A stretch of 64,000 nt of DNA from Mytilus trossulus (Eukaryota): the NCBI RefSeq assembly GCF_036588685.1, contig NC_086386.1, forward strand, positions 46,872,001 through 46,936,000, in the 5' to 3' direction. Positions within the stretch are counted from its first letter, which is position 1. Each line of letters starts with the position of its first letter. A program made the position numbers and the translations under genes. The notes under the pieces are model-generated. The model worked only from the letters and a program-made list of their open reading frames with translations. It did no database searches and had not been told where the DNA came from. Positions 51,399 through 64,000 of this stretch are shown here, piece after piece.

Positions 51399-53146
51399 AC
51401 ATAAGAATATAACTATATTTCTTCTTTGTAGCTCATCTGGCCCTTCGGTCCATCATGATTTTTTGCCATCACTTGTCATTCAGCATAAATTTATACGAGT
51501 TATTGTAATACCCAAACAGATGTTATTTAGCTAAATTGAAAAAAAATTAGCAGGCTTATTTATGTATAAAATATTGGAAAACAAAAAAATAAGCAACACA
51601 GCAACCACTGAATTTCAGGCTCCTGGCTTGAGACAGGCACATACAGAATGTGGTGGTTTAAACTAATTTGTTGGCACTAACCCTCCCATAACCCTGGACA
51701 CTGACGTTACAGTACAACATAAGAACAAACTATAAAAATCAGTTGAAAAAGGTTTAACTTGCTAGATGGATACAACAAGAAATACATCTAGAACAAAAAG
51801 TGAGTGGATGTTGATGGGTTCTTGTTCATCTCAACAACAAATAGACAGATCTGAGAGTACTCACAGCTAAAGCTACCAATAACTAATAAAAATAAGTCCT
51901 GCATCTAGGACTAAATTTCCAATGGATTTAATGTAAATCATAAACACAGAAAAACATGAGCTTGTGCAATGCCAATATACAGGTTTTAGAGAATGTGCAT
52001 ATGAATATAATGATAATACTAAGTTTAATTTTGTTTTACAATATAATAAATATTAATACCAATAATGTCACAGTAGAATAAATTCACTACCAGGCATTTG
52101 AGAATTCATGATCAGAAAATTTTAGTAATTGTAACCACAGGTTTTATTTGTAATATAAATTTTTATTTTTTTGTTTTAAAAAAATTATGATTATTTCTTT
52201 TGGTCATGATTGCATTGTGCACCTTCTACTTTACGTTTGATGCAAATGATACATTTTGTTGCTCATAAGATATAAAAGAAAATGTTATATATGTCACCAT
52301 GCCAATTCAGAATTTGTATTATTTTACTTACTATTAAGAAATTGACATTTCAAGACCAGTTGAATACATTATTATTTTAATTTGTTAAGTTACAGTAATT
52401 ATCATAAGAGACTACTCCTTAATTCATACTTATTGTAGTTTGAATAATAATGTAATGAGAAAATGTAACATTGAAAATTATATGAGTAATAATAATTATC
52501 TTTGTATTAATTAATGTGAATACTGTCACTTACATCTTAAGGTTATGACATGTCATCTTAATTAGAGTAATACTTCAAACTTGTCAAATTACAAATATTA
52601 CCTATGCTTAGTATAAATATTAGTAGTAAGCTTTGTTAAAAATAGACCACCCATACAGACTAGGATATAACTTCACAAAAGAGCAACAGAAAAAAAGTAG
52701 ATTTGTATTACATTGTATCGATACATGAAAACAAGTCCTTGTATAGGCATTAACCATTTTTTGAAAATTTGGCTTGGAATTAGTTTATACCCATTTATAT
52801 ATTGGTTATTTGTTAACTGCAACAATAATTTGCTTCATTGGTGTCTTATAGGCTAAAATGTTATAAAATCATGACAATGTTACATTACGGAGCCAACCTT
52901 TTTGGTAATACAGCATTAATGATGTGTTAGAAAAGTGCTGTCGGGTAAAGTTTTTTTTCCAAAACAAAGTATTGAGTGGAAATTGAAAATGAAATGATAC
53001 AAACCAGTTGGAGTACAGGCTGCAGTGGGAGTGTTTTCAACCTTTTATTTGAATAATTAAATGTTTTACATTATTAAAATTGCCTTCTTCCATATATTAA
53101 CAAATCATTTTATTTTCAGAACTATTTAAATCAATAATAAATCAAG

Positions 53147-55168
53147 ATGGGAAAGAAAGACGGAAAGCCCCGTGGACGTATGTCATCTTATGCCTTCTTT
53201 GTGCAGTCATTCAGAGAGGAACACAAGAAGAAAAATCCAACAGAAAAAGTTGTTTTTGCTGAATTCACAAAAAAATGTGCAGAAAAATGGAGGGCAAGTT
53301 TTTTATTCATAGATTTATGGAAAATTTCATCATTCTTTTAAGATATTTACTTGATTACAAGATTTTTCAAATGAACTGAAAAGTAGTCATGTATAACTGA
53401 CAACTGGGTAAACAATACTTTTGAGATTTAACCGTCAACTACCTTAAGTGTTATTAAATCAAAGTCAAAACATGCTGATTTCAAACTAAAATTTCCTTTA
53501 AATGATAGAAATAGTGAATTAGTTTGTTACGATAGAAAATATTATTTTGGATGTCAGAATACGTACTTAATTCTGGTTCTATTTTGTAGGAAATCAGTGC
53601 CAAGGAAAAGAGGAAATATGAAGAAATGGCAGAGAAAGACAAAGCTAGATATGAGGGAGAAATGCAAAATTATGAGCCAGGACCAGGAGAGAAGGTCGGC
53701 AGAAAGAAGAGAGACAAAGATCCTAATGCACCAAAGAGATCCCTGTAAGATCAATGCATATTTTTAGTGTTCAGCAGTCCAATGTTGCCTAAGCTTTTTT
53801 TTTTTTTTTTACTAAATGGTCCGGTTAATCTTGTTTGTGATGTGTAGATTTATACATTTTAAAATTTTTAAAAGTGAATAATTTTTTTATACATAATTTG
53901 AGGTTTAGTAGATAATTATTGTATAAACGAAAATTTAGATGCTATGTAGTGGGGCAATATTGGCTAATTTCTGAATTGTCTTCTGACTAAATATTTTTAT
54001 TTATTTGTCTGTCAACAGGGTATCCTATCCTGTATGCCAGTGACTAAAAAGATTGGCTATTTCTTAACATAAGATGAAAAGAAACCGAAGATAAATAATT
54101 TTTCTTTAACTTGATTGTAAGATCATTCCGATTGCAGTAAAAACATAAAATATCTTTTTTTTTTCTTACAGTTCTGCATTCTTTTTCTTCTGTAATGAAG
54201 AAAGACCAAAAGTAAGGAAAGATCATGGTGATTGGTCAGTAGCACTCGTAGCCAAGGAGATGGGAAAACGGTGGGAGAAACAAACAGATAGAACAAAATA
54301 TGAAAAACAGGCAGCCGCAGATAAAATCAGATATGAACAGGTAGGTTCAGCGTCATACAACTTAAAAACTACTACCAGCTTGGTTACTTATTGCTTTGCA
54401 ATTTCTATCAAAACATTAATGAATGTTTTGTCTGTATTCATTTCAATCTTAAATAAGGAGGGGTATTCTAAAATTGATTTGAGAGGAAGTTTGGAAAGTT
54501 CAATTTTTCTTGTACTCTTTATCCATACAATTCTCTTATGTTTTTATTGTTTCAAAAGTTAAACAATCGGTATCGCCAAATTAAATTACTCGCCTTTCAA
54601 ATTCTGGAAGCATCATTTGTATACAGCATTTACTGAAACTGCAATAATTGTTCTTTTAATCTATCTTTCGAAAAATTCCAATAATGAATAAAGACAGGAA
54701 TAAAAAGTTAAGATTTGAAGTTATGCTAGCTCCTACTGGATGAATTTTCTATTTTATGTATTTCTCTGAAAAAATTATACTTTTTACAACAACATGGGAA
54801 CACCAATTATCATTATGACATTTTAATAAGGTCATGTCCATGTCTTGTGAAGAACAACAAAGTCGGAATGTTGCTCCCATAGACTCAAGGTAAATAAAAA
54901 ACATAAAATACCTACCTACCCTAACTTTTTTCAGATGTAACTAGAACCACACATACTATTTTATTTGGCCTTATTGCAGTTCCATGTAGATACTTTATTA
55001 AATCGTTTCTTCTCCCCACAGGCAATGGCAAAATACAGGGGAGGTGGTGCAGCTCCAGCCAAGAAACCTGCAGGACCCCCAGCAAAGAAACCCAAGCCAG
55101 AGAGTGAAGAAGAGGAAGATGACGATGATGAAGAAGAGGAGGAGGAGGATGAAGATGATGACGAATAA
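53147..55168 (+). CDS. HMGB: HMGB1/2-type protein, cassette 2 (205 aa); first coding intron is GC-AG
   Basis: Exons 53147-53293 (donor AGG|GCAAGT), 53590-53744, 54172-54340, 55022-55168. The first three coding exons have the same lengths as in cassette 1 and the frame is intact. A 5'UTR acceptor lies at 53118-53119. Confidence 0.92.
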
Positions 55169-57687
55169 ACACTGGCAATTCTGTATCATGAACAATTGGG
55201 GGGTATCCTGGATCAAGAAATGTACAATTTCTGTTATGTATAGTTGATCATTTGTATATATTGTTCATATTAGATGATTGTATATTTATCATTGTATATA
55301 AAATCATTATTTTATTCATCCCATTCAAGGGGAAACAATCCTGTCATCTTTCTTCAGAACAAAATTTGAGTAGTTTTTATGATATTGTCGAGTATTTATA
55401 CATGTTCATGATGAATTTAAAATTTAACTGTGTAAAATATTTTAAGTTTCATCGGCTTCACTGACCTACAGGCTAACAGCTACATTATTATCTTTTTGCT
55501 ATGGAGCAATGTAAAAGAAATGACTGAAAGTGCTGTATTTTTCATCACCATTTTTGTTTTAATCATGAAATGTCAATGAATGTCATGTTTAAATAGATTT
55601 TATAATAAAACATATTTTAACTTGCTTAATTCTTTTTTTAACCAAACTTGGCACCAAGGCAATTTTACTGAAAACGTTTATTAACTTTTATTAAGAGTGA
55701 TTGCCTATAAACGATTGTTTTAACAAACTATTGCCTATTGTCTTCAAAACTATAATAGGTAGAAGTTCTTAGTGGGTTTGATCAGGCCTTTATCAAACAA
55801 GAGACTTGCAAATTTGAATGAAGTGTGAATAATTTGTACCATTATGGAGAAATGTGGACTTGTCACAGGAACTATGTTATTGAAATCCAGCTCTGCAGAT
55901 GTGGTATGATTGCCAATGAGACAACACTCCACAAGAGACCAACTGGCAGAAATAAACAGCAATAGGTCACCGTTTAGCCTTCAACAATAAGAAAAGTCCA
56001 TACTGCATAGTCGGCTTTAAAAGGCCCAGAAATCAAATGTAAAACAAACTAACGGCCTTATAAATGTACACAAAAAATGATGAAACAAGAAATATGTAAC
56101 ACAGCAACAAATGACAACGACTGAATTACAGGCTCTTGACATGGGATAGGCACATACATACAGAATGTGACTGGTGTAACAGTACATCATAATAGTCCAG
56201 TCAATCTAGCATAAATTTCACCCTAACCTTGAAGTAATTGCAACAGAAGATTTTTAAGTTTTAATCTTTAGCATTATATCCAAAAATATACACAGAAAAA
56301 AGTCCCATAAAATCTAACTTGAGAAAAACTAAAAAAATCATGATTTCAAAATTCCTGTGGAGAATTGCATTGATAAGGGAGATAACTCTGCAAAAAAGGC
56401 AGAAATATCAATGAAAATTCAACAATGGACTATCATTTGCTCTTGATTTTTTTTCATTTTCATAGTACATGTATACCTTCTGATATGTGGTTTTTTTTGT
56501 CTCTCAACATATATTTATTTTCTAGTAATTCAACAACAATGTTCGTCAAAGTTTCATAAGATTACTCGCCAAAACGTAATACTAAAAATAAATTGACTGA
56601 AAGTATAATTATATACATATTATCTTAAATTATGTTATATGAATTTAAGGTGCAATTACTACATAAGTAAGCCGCCTTCCAAAACCAATAACAACAACAA
56701 TGTATTGATTCTAGACATTTTAGCCATCTTTAGAGTATAAAAAACAACTATAAAGGTGTTTTCATATTTTTAGCTCACCTGGCCCAAGTGAGCCTTTCTC
56801 GTCACTTGTCGTCCGTCGTCATTAACTTTTACAAAAATCTTCTCTGAAACTACTAGGACAAATTCAACCAAACTTGTCCACAATCATCATTAGGATATCT
56901 AGTTTAAACTAGAGGCTCTCAAGAGCCTGTGTCGCTCACCTTGGTGCATATTAAACAATGGACACATGACGAAATTGTGGTTTTGTGATGTGTTTGTAGA
57001 TCTTAATTTCCTGTACATTCTTGTTGCTACAATTATCTTTATCTATTAAGAACTTGGCCCAGTAATTACAGTGGAAAATATATTCAAAAAATTTATGAAA
57101 ATTGTTAAAAAATGACTATAAAGGGCAATAACTCCTTAAGGGATAAACTGACAATTTTGGTCATTTGACTTATTTGTAGATCTTACTTTGCTGAACATTA
57201 TTGCTGTTTACAGTCTATCTCTATCTATTATAATATTCAAGATAATAACCAAAAACTGCAAAATTTCCTTAAAATTACTAATTCTGGGGCAGCAACCCAA
57301 CAACAGGTTGTCTGTTTTGTATGAAAATTTATGGGCTGATAATAATAATAATAATTCTTTATTTAAAGAGGGTTACACAGTTAGCTATAAAGCTAATCTT
57401 CCCTGAGGCCCTCATGAAATACAATCAATAACCGACTAGATAGATCTTCACCTGATCAACAATTTATCCCCCGCGACAGATTTGCTCTAAATGCTTTGGT
57501 TTCAGAGATATAAGCCAAAATCTACATTTCGCCCCCCTATGTACTATTTTTAGCCATATTGTAATAATTGTATAGACCTTAACCATTGTTTGTAACTTTG
57601 GCTTGGAATTAAAAAATGAATATGTTGGATATTTGTAAACTGCAATAATTATTACCTGTCTTTGGTGTCTTTTAAACTGAAATGATT

Positions 57688-59629
57688 TTTATACGACTGC
57701 AAATTTTGAAAAAAATTTCGTCGTAAATTGCTATCACGTTGGTGTCGTCGTCGTCCGAATACTTTTAGTTTTCGCACTCTAACTTTAGTAAAAGTGAATA
57801 GAAATCTATGAAATTTTAACACAAGGTTTATGACCATAAAAGGAAGGTTGGTATTGATTTTGGGAGTTTTGGTCCCAACATTTTAGGAATTAGGTGCCAA
57901 AAAGGGCCCAAATAAGCATTTTCTTGGTTTTCGCACTATAACTTTAGTTTAAGTTAATAGAAATCTATGAAATTTTGACACAAGGTTGATGACCACAAAA
58001 GAAAGGTTGGGATTGATTTTGGGAGTTTTGGTTTCAACAGTTTAGGAATTAGGGGCCAGAAAAGGGCCCAAATAAGCATTATTCTGGGTTTTCGCACAAT
58101 AACTTTAGTTTAAGTAAATAGAAATCAATGAAATTTAAATATAATGTTTTTGACCACAAAAGGAAGATTGGTATTGATTTTGGAAATTTAGATCCAAACA
58201 GTTTAGGAATTAGGGGCCAAAAAGGGACCCAAATAAGCATTTTTCTTGGTTTTCGCACCATAACGTTAGTATAAGTAAATAGAAATCTATGAAATTTAAA
58301 CACAAGGTTAATGACCATAAAAGGAAAGTTGATATTGATTTTAGGAGTTTTGGTCCCAACAGTTTAAGAAAAAGGGGCCCAAAGGGTCCAAAATTAAACT
58401 TTGTTTGATTTCATCTAAATTGAATAATTGGGGTTCTTTGATATGCCGAATCTAACTGTGTATGTAGATTCTTAACTTTTGGTCCTGTTTTCAAATTGGT
58501 CTACATTAAGGTCCAAAGGGTCCAAAATTAAACTTAGTTTGATTTTAACAAAAATTGAATCTTTGGGGTTCTTTGATATGCTGAATCTAAAAATGAACTT
58601 AGATTTTTTATTATTGGCCCAGTTTTCAAGTTGGCCCAAATCGGGGTCCAAAATTAAACTTTTTTGATTTCATCAAAAGTTGAATAAATGGGGTTCTTTG
58701 ATATGCCAAATCTAACTGTGTATGTAGATTCATCATTTTTGGTCCCGTTTTCAAATTGGCCTACATTAAGGTCCAAAGAGTCCAAAATTAAACTAAGTTT
58801 GATTTTAACAAAAATTAAATTCTTGGGCCTCTTTGATATGCTGAATCTAAACATGTACTTAGATTTTTGATTATGGGCCCAGTTTTCAAGTTGTTCCAAA
58901 TCAGGATCTAAAATTATTATATTAAGTATTGTGGAAAAGCAAGTCTTTTCAATTGCACAGTATAGTGCAATGGCAAGAAATATCTAATTTCACAATATTG
59001 TGAAATAGCAAATTTTTTTTTAATTAGAGTTATCTTTCTTTGTCCAAAATAGTAAGCAAGAAATATCTTATTGCAAGAATTTTTTTTAATTGGAGTTATC
59101 TTTCTTTGTCCAGAATCAACTTAAATCTTTGTTATATACAATATACAATGTATATTCACTTTTTACTACCAACTGATAAATTTAAATAATCTTTACCATT
59201 CAGTGATAACAAGCAGTTTTTTTACATTTTATTTTATGATGTATTTAAATGAGTAGTTATTGTTGCAAACTCCATTAGAATATTTTAATTGAGATTAGTT
59301 TTGGAATAAGGGAAAGGGGGATGTGATTAAAAAATTGGGTTCAATTTTTCTCATTTGAAATTTCATAAATAAAAAGAAAATTTCTTCAAAAATTATTTTG
59401 AGAGGATTAATATTGAACAGCATAGTGAATTGCTCTAAGAGAAAACAAAAATTTTAAGTTCATTAGAACACATTCATTCTGTGTCAGAAACCTATGCTGT
59501 GTCAACTATTTAATCACAATCCAAATTTAGAGCTGAATCCAGCTTGAATGGTGTGTCCATACTTGCCCCAACCGTTCAGGGTTCAACCTCTGCGGTCGTA
59601 TAAAGCTACGCCCTGCGAAGCATCTGGTT
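57688..59629. mobile_element. Helentron/HINE-like non-autonomous element with internal tandem arrays (~160-bp and ~245-bp units), inserted upstream of HMGB cassette 3
   Basis: Subterminal inverted repeats TTTATACGACTGCA / TGCGGTCGTATAAA, a GTC microsatellite near the start, and internal repeats. It interrupts sequence that is contiguous upstream of cassette 2 (~52850-52870). Confidence 0.8.
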
Positions 59630-60046
59630 AATGATTTAAAAAATAAAATCATGACCCATAACATAAAGGGAGCCAACCAAGCACCATCAGCCTCATTGTT
59701 GTTTATATTTTAGATTTTGGTAATACAGCATCTGTGTGTCCTTAGTTTTGTCAGAAAAACATTTTATTAACTTTAGGAAATAATTCCATAAACAATCTTG
59801 ACAAAAACTGAATGTAGTCTTGTGTGTCAGAATAAGCTGTCGTGTAAAAGTTGTGCTCTTTTCTAAAAACAAAATATCCAGAGGAAATTGAAGATGAATG
59901 ATTCAAAACAGTGGGAGTGCTTACAATGTTAAATTTGAGTATTCAAATGTTTTACACTGAGAATTGCCTTCACTTGCATATACATGTACATTGTATAAAC
60001 AAATCATTTTATTTTCAGAAATATTTCAAATCGATATTAAATCAAG

Positions 60047-63000
60047 ATGGGAAGGAAAGATGGAAAGCCACGTGGACGTATGTCATCTTATGTCTTCTTT
60101 GTGCAGTGTTTTAGAGAGGAACACAAGAAAAAAAATCCAACAGAAAAAGTTGTGTTTGCTGAATTCTCGAAAAAGTGTGCTGAAAAATGGAGGGTACGGT
60201 TTTTGATTGCATTATTTTATGGGAAATTTACTATAAGGTTTGCCTGTCCCTTGATTATATCTTCCCTTGGACCAAGGACAACATTCTACTTAAGGAGTGT
60301 TTCTTCCTCTGGGTTTTTTTTAAAAACCTTGTCCAGGAGGTCCATATTTTTTTTCTTTTTGACACTCGCTTATGATATTTAGCATGCATGGTGCTGACAT
60401 AAATCATAATGGTTCTTCCCATAATTCATTATGAACTTTGAAGCATAATTTTATCTTGCCTGAAGCTCAATAGGCCTTATTTTTTTACATTTTTGTGTGG
60501 AACATTCCATTCTTTGACGGGCTTTTGATATTTGGTGCATGGATGCACCACATGAAGACAATGTGTTGATTTCCATGGAAGAATACTATGTACTTGTTAT
60601 CTTTATATGTCCATCTTAAAACCTCACATATTCTTATTTGACATGGCAAGACTTTTTTAATGCATCTAATTATTTCTCCGAGTCATGTTCTACTCATTCT
60701 ATAATAAATTGTAAGATATATTGAAAAAATATGGTTAAGATCCTCACCCTTAATCATATAATTCTATCTAGTTGTCTGTTGCGCTGCGAAGGATATAGGA
60801 ATGGTCTTATGTCTGTCCAAAACACATCATTACTCAGAGACCGTTTGACAGAAAGCTCTCATTCATGGTAGGATTGTTTGCCACCATGTCCAGTTGACCA
60901 TATTATACCAATCATTTACGGGGAGATATGGGTAGTAGGTCTCATGTAAGCTGTTACCTGTATACTATAGTCTTTATTTACAAATGTAGCTTAAGTATGA
61001 AAGGTCATTTTTCCATTTTAGGCATTTTATTTAAGCAAAAGAGATCAGGCAAAATTTTAAAAATGTACTGCCAAGTAATCATGTACAATTTACAACTGGG
61101 TAATCAATACCTTAAGAGATTTAACAGTCAGAGTCCACTACTAGTGGTGTCAATAAATCAAAATCAAAACATTCTGATTTCAAACTGTGAACTTGCTTAG
61201 ACTTGCAATTTGATAGAAGTAATGATTTTATTTGTTACAATAGATGAATATTATTTTGTATGTAAGAATTCTGGTTTTGTTTTGTAGGAAATCAGTGCAA
61301 AGGAAAAGAGGAAATATGAAGATATGGCAGAGAAAGACAAAGCTAGATATGAGGGAGAAATGCAAAATTACGAGCCAGGACCAGGAGAGAAAGTTGGAAG
61401 AAAGAAGAGAGATAAAGATCCCAATGCACCAAAGAGATCCCTGTAAGATGAATGCATATGTAGTGTGGCAATATTGGCTAATTTCTGAATCATCTTACGT
61501 CTAAATATTTGAATGACTTGTCTGGGTTAAAAATTTACAACAGGATAAAAGTGGGAGCCAGGGACTAAAAGGATTATTAGATTCTTAATTTGTAATCATT
61601 TAAAGTACATAAATGATTCTTGAAGTAAGACATTTTCCCAATTCAATGTGGGTATTGCAATATATTAATTTCATGTCATGCTTTGTTATTCATTGTTGTT
61701 TATTTTGGTACATATAAATATCAACATATAATTTCTCTTTAACCTCCTTTCCCTTAATACTGCATTATACTGGCACAAATGAAGTCTTGTGGATTATAAG
61801 TTTTTCTAGAGCAGCTTGAATTGTCGGTAATGTCTGATTTTGTAGACACTTGTGTGACTAGGTGTCTAGGGCAAAAATGTTCTTAATATTTTGGCTTATT
61901 GCATTGAACATGGGTAAATCTATTGATTTTGTGGCTGAGCTGACATAAGATGAAAAGAATCCCAAGATAAATAATTTTTCTTTAGCTTGATGTAAGATCA
62001 ATCCAATGGCAGGAAATACATAAAATAACTATTTATTTTCTTACAGTTCTGCATTCTTTTTCTTCTGTAACGAAGAAAGACCAAAAGTAAGGAAAGATCA
62101 TGGTGATTGGTCAGTAGCACTCGTAGCCAAGGAGATGGGAAAACGGTGGGAGAAACAAACAGATAGAACAAAATATGAAAAACAGGCAGCCGCAGATAAA
62201 ATCAGATATGAACAGGTAGGTTTGGCATCATACAACTTAAAAACTACTACCAGCTTGGTTACTTATTGCTTTGCAATTTCTATCAAAACACATTAATGTT
62301 TTGTCTGTATGCATTTCAATCTTCAATAAGGAGGGTATTCTAAACTTGATTTTAGAGGAAGTTTGGAAAGTACAATTTTTCTTGTACTCTTTATCCATAC
62401 AATTCTCTTATGTTTTTATTGTTTCGAAAGTTAAACAGAATCGGTATCGCCAAATTAAATTACTCGCCTTTCAAATTCTGGAAGCATCATTAGTATACAG
62501 CATTTACTGAAACTGCAGTAATTGTTCTTTTTATCTATCTTTCGAAAAATTCCAATAATGAATAAAGACAGGAATAAAAAGTTAAGATTTGAAGTTATGC
62601 TAGCTCCTACTGGATGAATTTTCTATTTTATGTATTTCTCTGAAAAAATTATACTTTTTACAACAACATGGGAACACCATTTATCATAATGACATTTTAA
62701 TAAGGTCATGTCCTTGTCTTGTGAAGAACAACAAACTCGGAATGTTGCTCCCATAGACTCAAGGTAAATAAAAAACATAAAATACCTACCTACCTACCCT
62801 AACTTTTTTTCAGATGTAACTAGAACCACACATACTATTTTATTTGGCCTTATTGTTTTTCCATGTGGATACTTTATTAAATCGTTTCTTCTCCCCACAG
62901 GCAATGGCAAAATACAGGGGAGGTGGTGCAGCTCCAGCCAAGAAACCTGCAGGACCCCCAGCAAAGAAACCCAAGCCAGAGAGTGAAGAAGAGGAAGATG

Positions 63001-63047
63001 ACGATGATGAAGAAGAGGAGGAGGAGGATGAAGATGATGACGAATAA
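60047..63047 (+). CDS. HMGB: HMGB1/2-type protein, cassette 3 (205 aa)
   Basis: Exons 60047-60193, 61288-61442, 62047-62215, 62901-63047, with intact frame and GT-AG introns. A 5'UTR acceptor lies at 60017-60018. Confidence 0.94.
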
Positions 63048-64000
63048 ACACTGGCGATTCTGTATCATGAACAATTGGGGGGGTATCCTGGATCAAGAAA
63101 TGTACAATTTCTGTTATGTATAGTTGATCATTTGTATATATTGTTCATCGTAGATGATTGTATATTTATCATTGTATATAAAATCATTATTTTATTCATC
63201 CCATTCAAGGGGAAACAATCCTGTCATCTTTCTTCAGAACAAAATTTGAGTAGTTTTTATGATATTGTCAAGTATTTATACATGTTCATGATGAATTTAA
63301 AATTTAACTGTGTAAAATATTTTAAGTTTCATCGGCTTCACTGACCTACAGGCTAACAGCTACAATATTTTCTTTTTGCTATGGAGCAATGTAAAGGGAA
63401 TGACTGAAAGTGCTGTATTTTTCACCACCATTTTTGTTTTAATCATGAAATGTCAATGAATGTCATGTTTAAATAGATTTTATAATAAAACATATTTTAA
63501 CTTGCTTAATTCTTTTTTTAACCAAACCTGGCACCAAGGCAATTTTACTGAAAACATTTATTAACTTTTATTAAGAGTGATTGCCTTTAAACGACTGTTT
63601 TAACAAACTATTGCCTATTGTCTTCAAAACTATAATAGGTAGAAGTTCTTAGTGGGTTTGATCAGGCCTTTATCAAACAAGAGACTTGCAAATTTGAATG
63701 AAGTGTGAATAATTTGTACCATTATGGAGAAATGTGGACTTGTCACAGGAACTATGTTATTGAAATCCAGCTCTGCAGATGTGGTATGATTGCCAATGAG
63801 ACAACACTCCACAAGAGACCAACTGGCAGAAATTAACAGCAATAGGTCACCGTTTAGCCTTCAACAATAAGAAAAGTCCATACTGCATAGTCAGCTTTAA
63901 AAGGCCCAGAAATCAAATGTAAAACAAACTAACGGCCTTATAAATGTACACAAAAAATGATGAAACAAGAAATATGTAACACAGCAACAAATGACAACGA

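Noticed and set aside
57652-58899. Several 60-80 aa ORFs in the large insertion as possible transposase remnants
   Set aside because: They derive from internal tandem repeats and show no Rep/helicase or DDE motifs.
53147-63047. HMGB cassettes 2 and 3 as a purely artefactual haplotype duplication
   Set aside because: Their 5' halves and introns are too divergent and carry different insertions. An artefact limited to the near-identical 3' part cannot be excluded without long reads.

Overview
AT-rich, intron-rich animal genomic DNA, most likely a bivalve mollusc. The repeat families and hammerhead motif resemble Mytilus mussels, which is a judgement from memory and not a database result. I reconstructed six spliced protein-coding units by hand, checking splice sites and exon phases: NFRKB/INO80G (minus strand, 22 coding exons, runs off the left edge), eIF3F (plus, 8 exons, complete, head-to-head with NFRKB), a SAP30/SAP30L gene (minus, with a probable N-terminal extension), and three tandem intact HMGB1/2-type cassettes (plus). 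The most striking structure is the HMGB array. Only one CCAAT-rich promoter and leader exon is visible (~44.6-45.1 kb, shared head-to-head with SAP30). Cassettes 2 and 3 each begin at a duplicated splice acceptor with no recognisable promoter of their own, and they differ at the Cys23-equivalent redox residue. This suggests one promoter choosing among whole-CDS cassettes by splicing and polyadenylation (inference). Non-coding highlights are two minimal type I hammerhead ribozyme motifs antisense within NFRKB introns, a 26 x 85-bp satellite grown inside a tRNA-derived SINE, three GAG...CTC MITEs with 6-bp target duplications but unrelated microsatellite cores, and many other MITE, Helentron-like and foldback elements.
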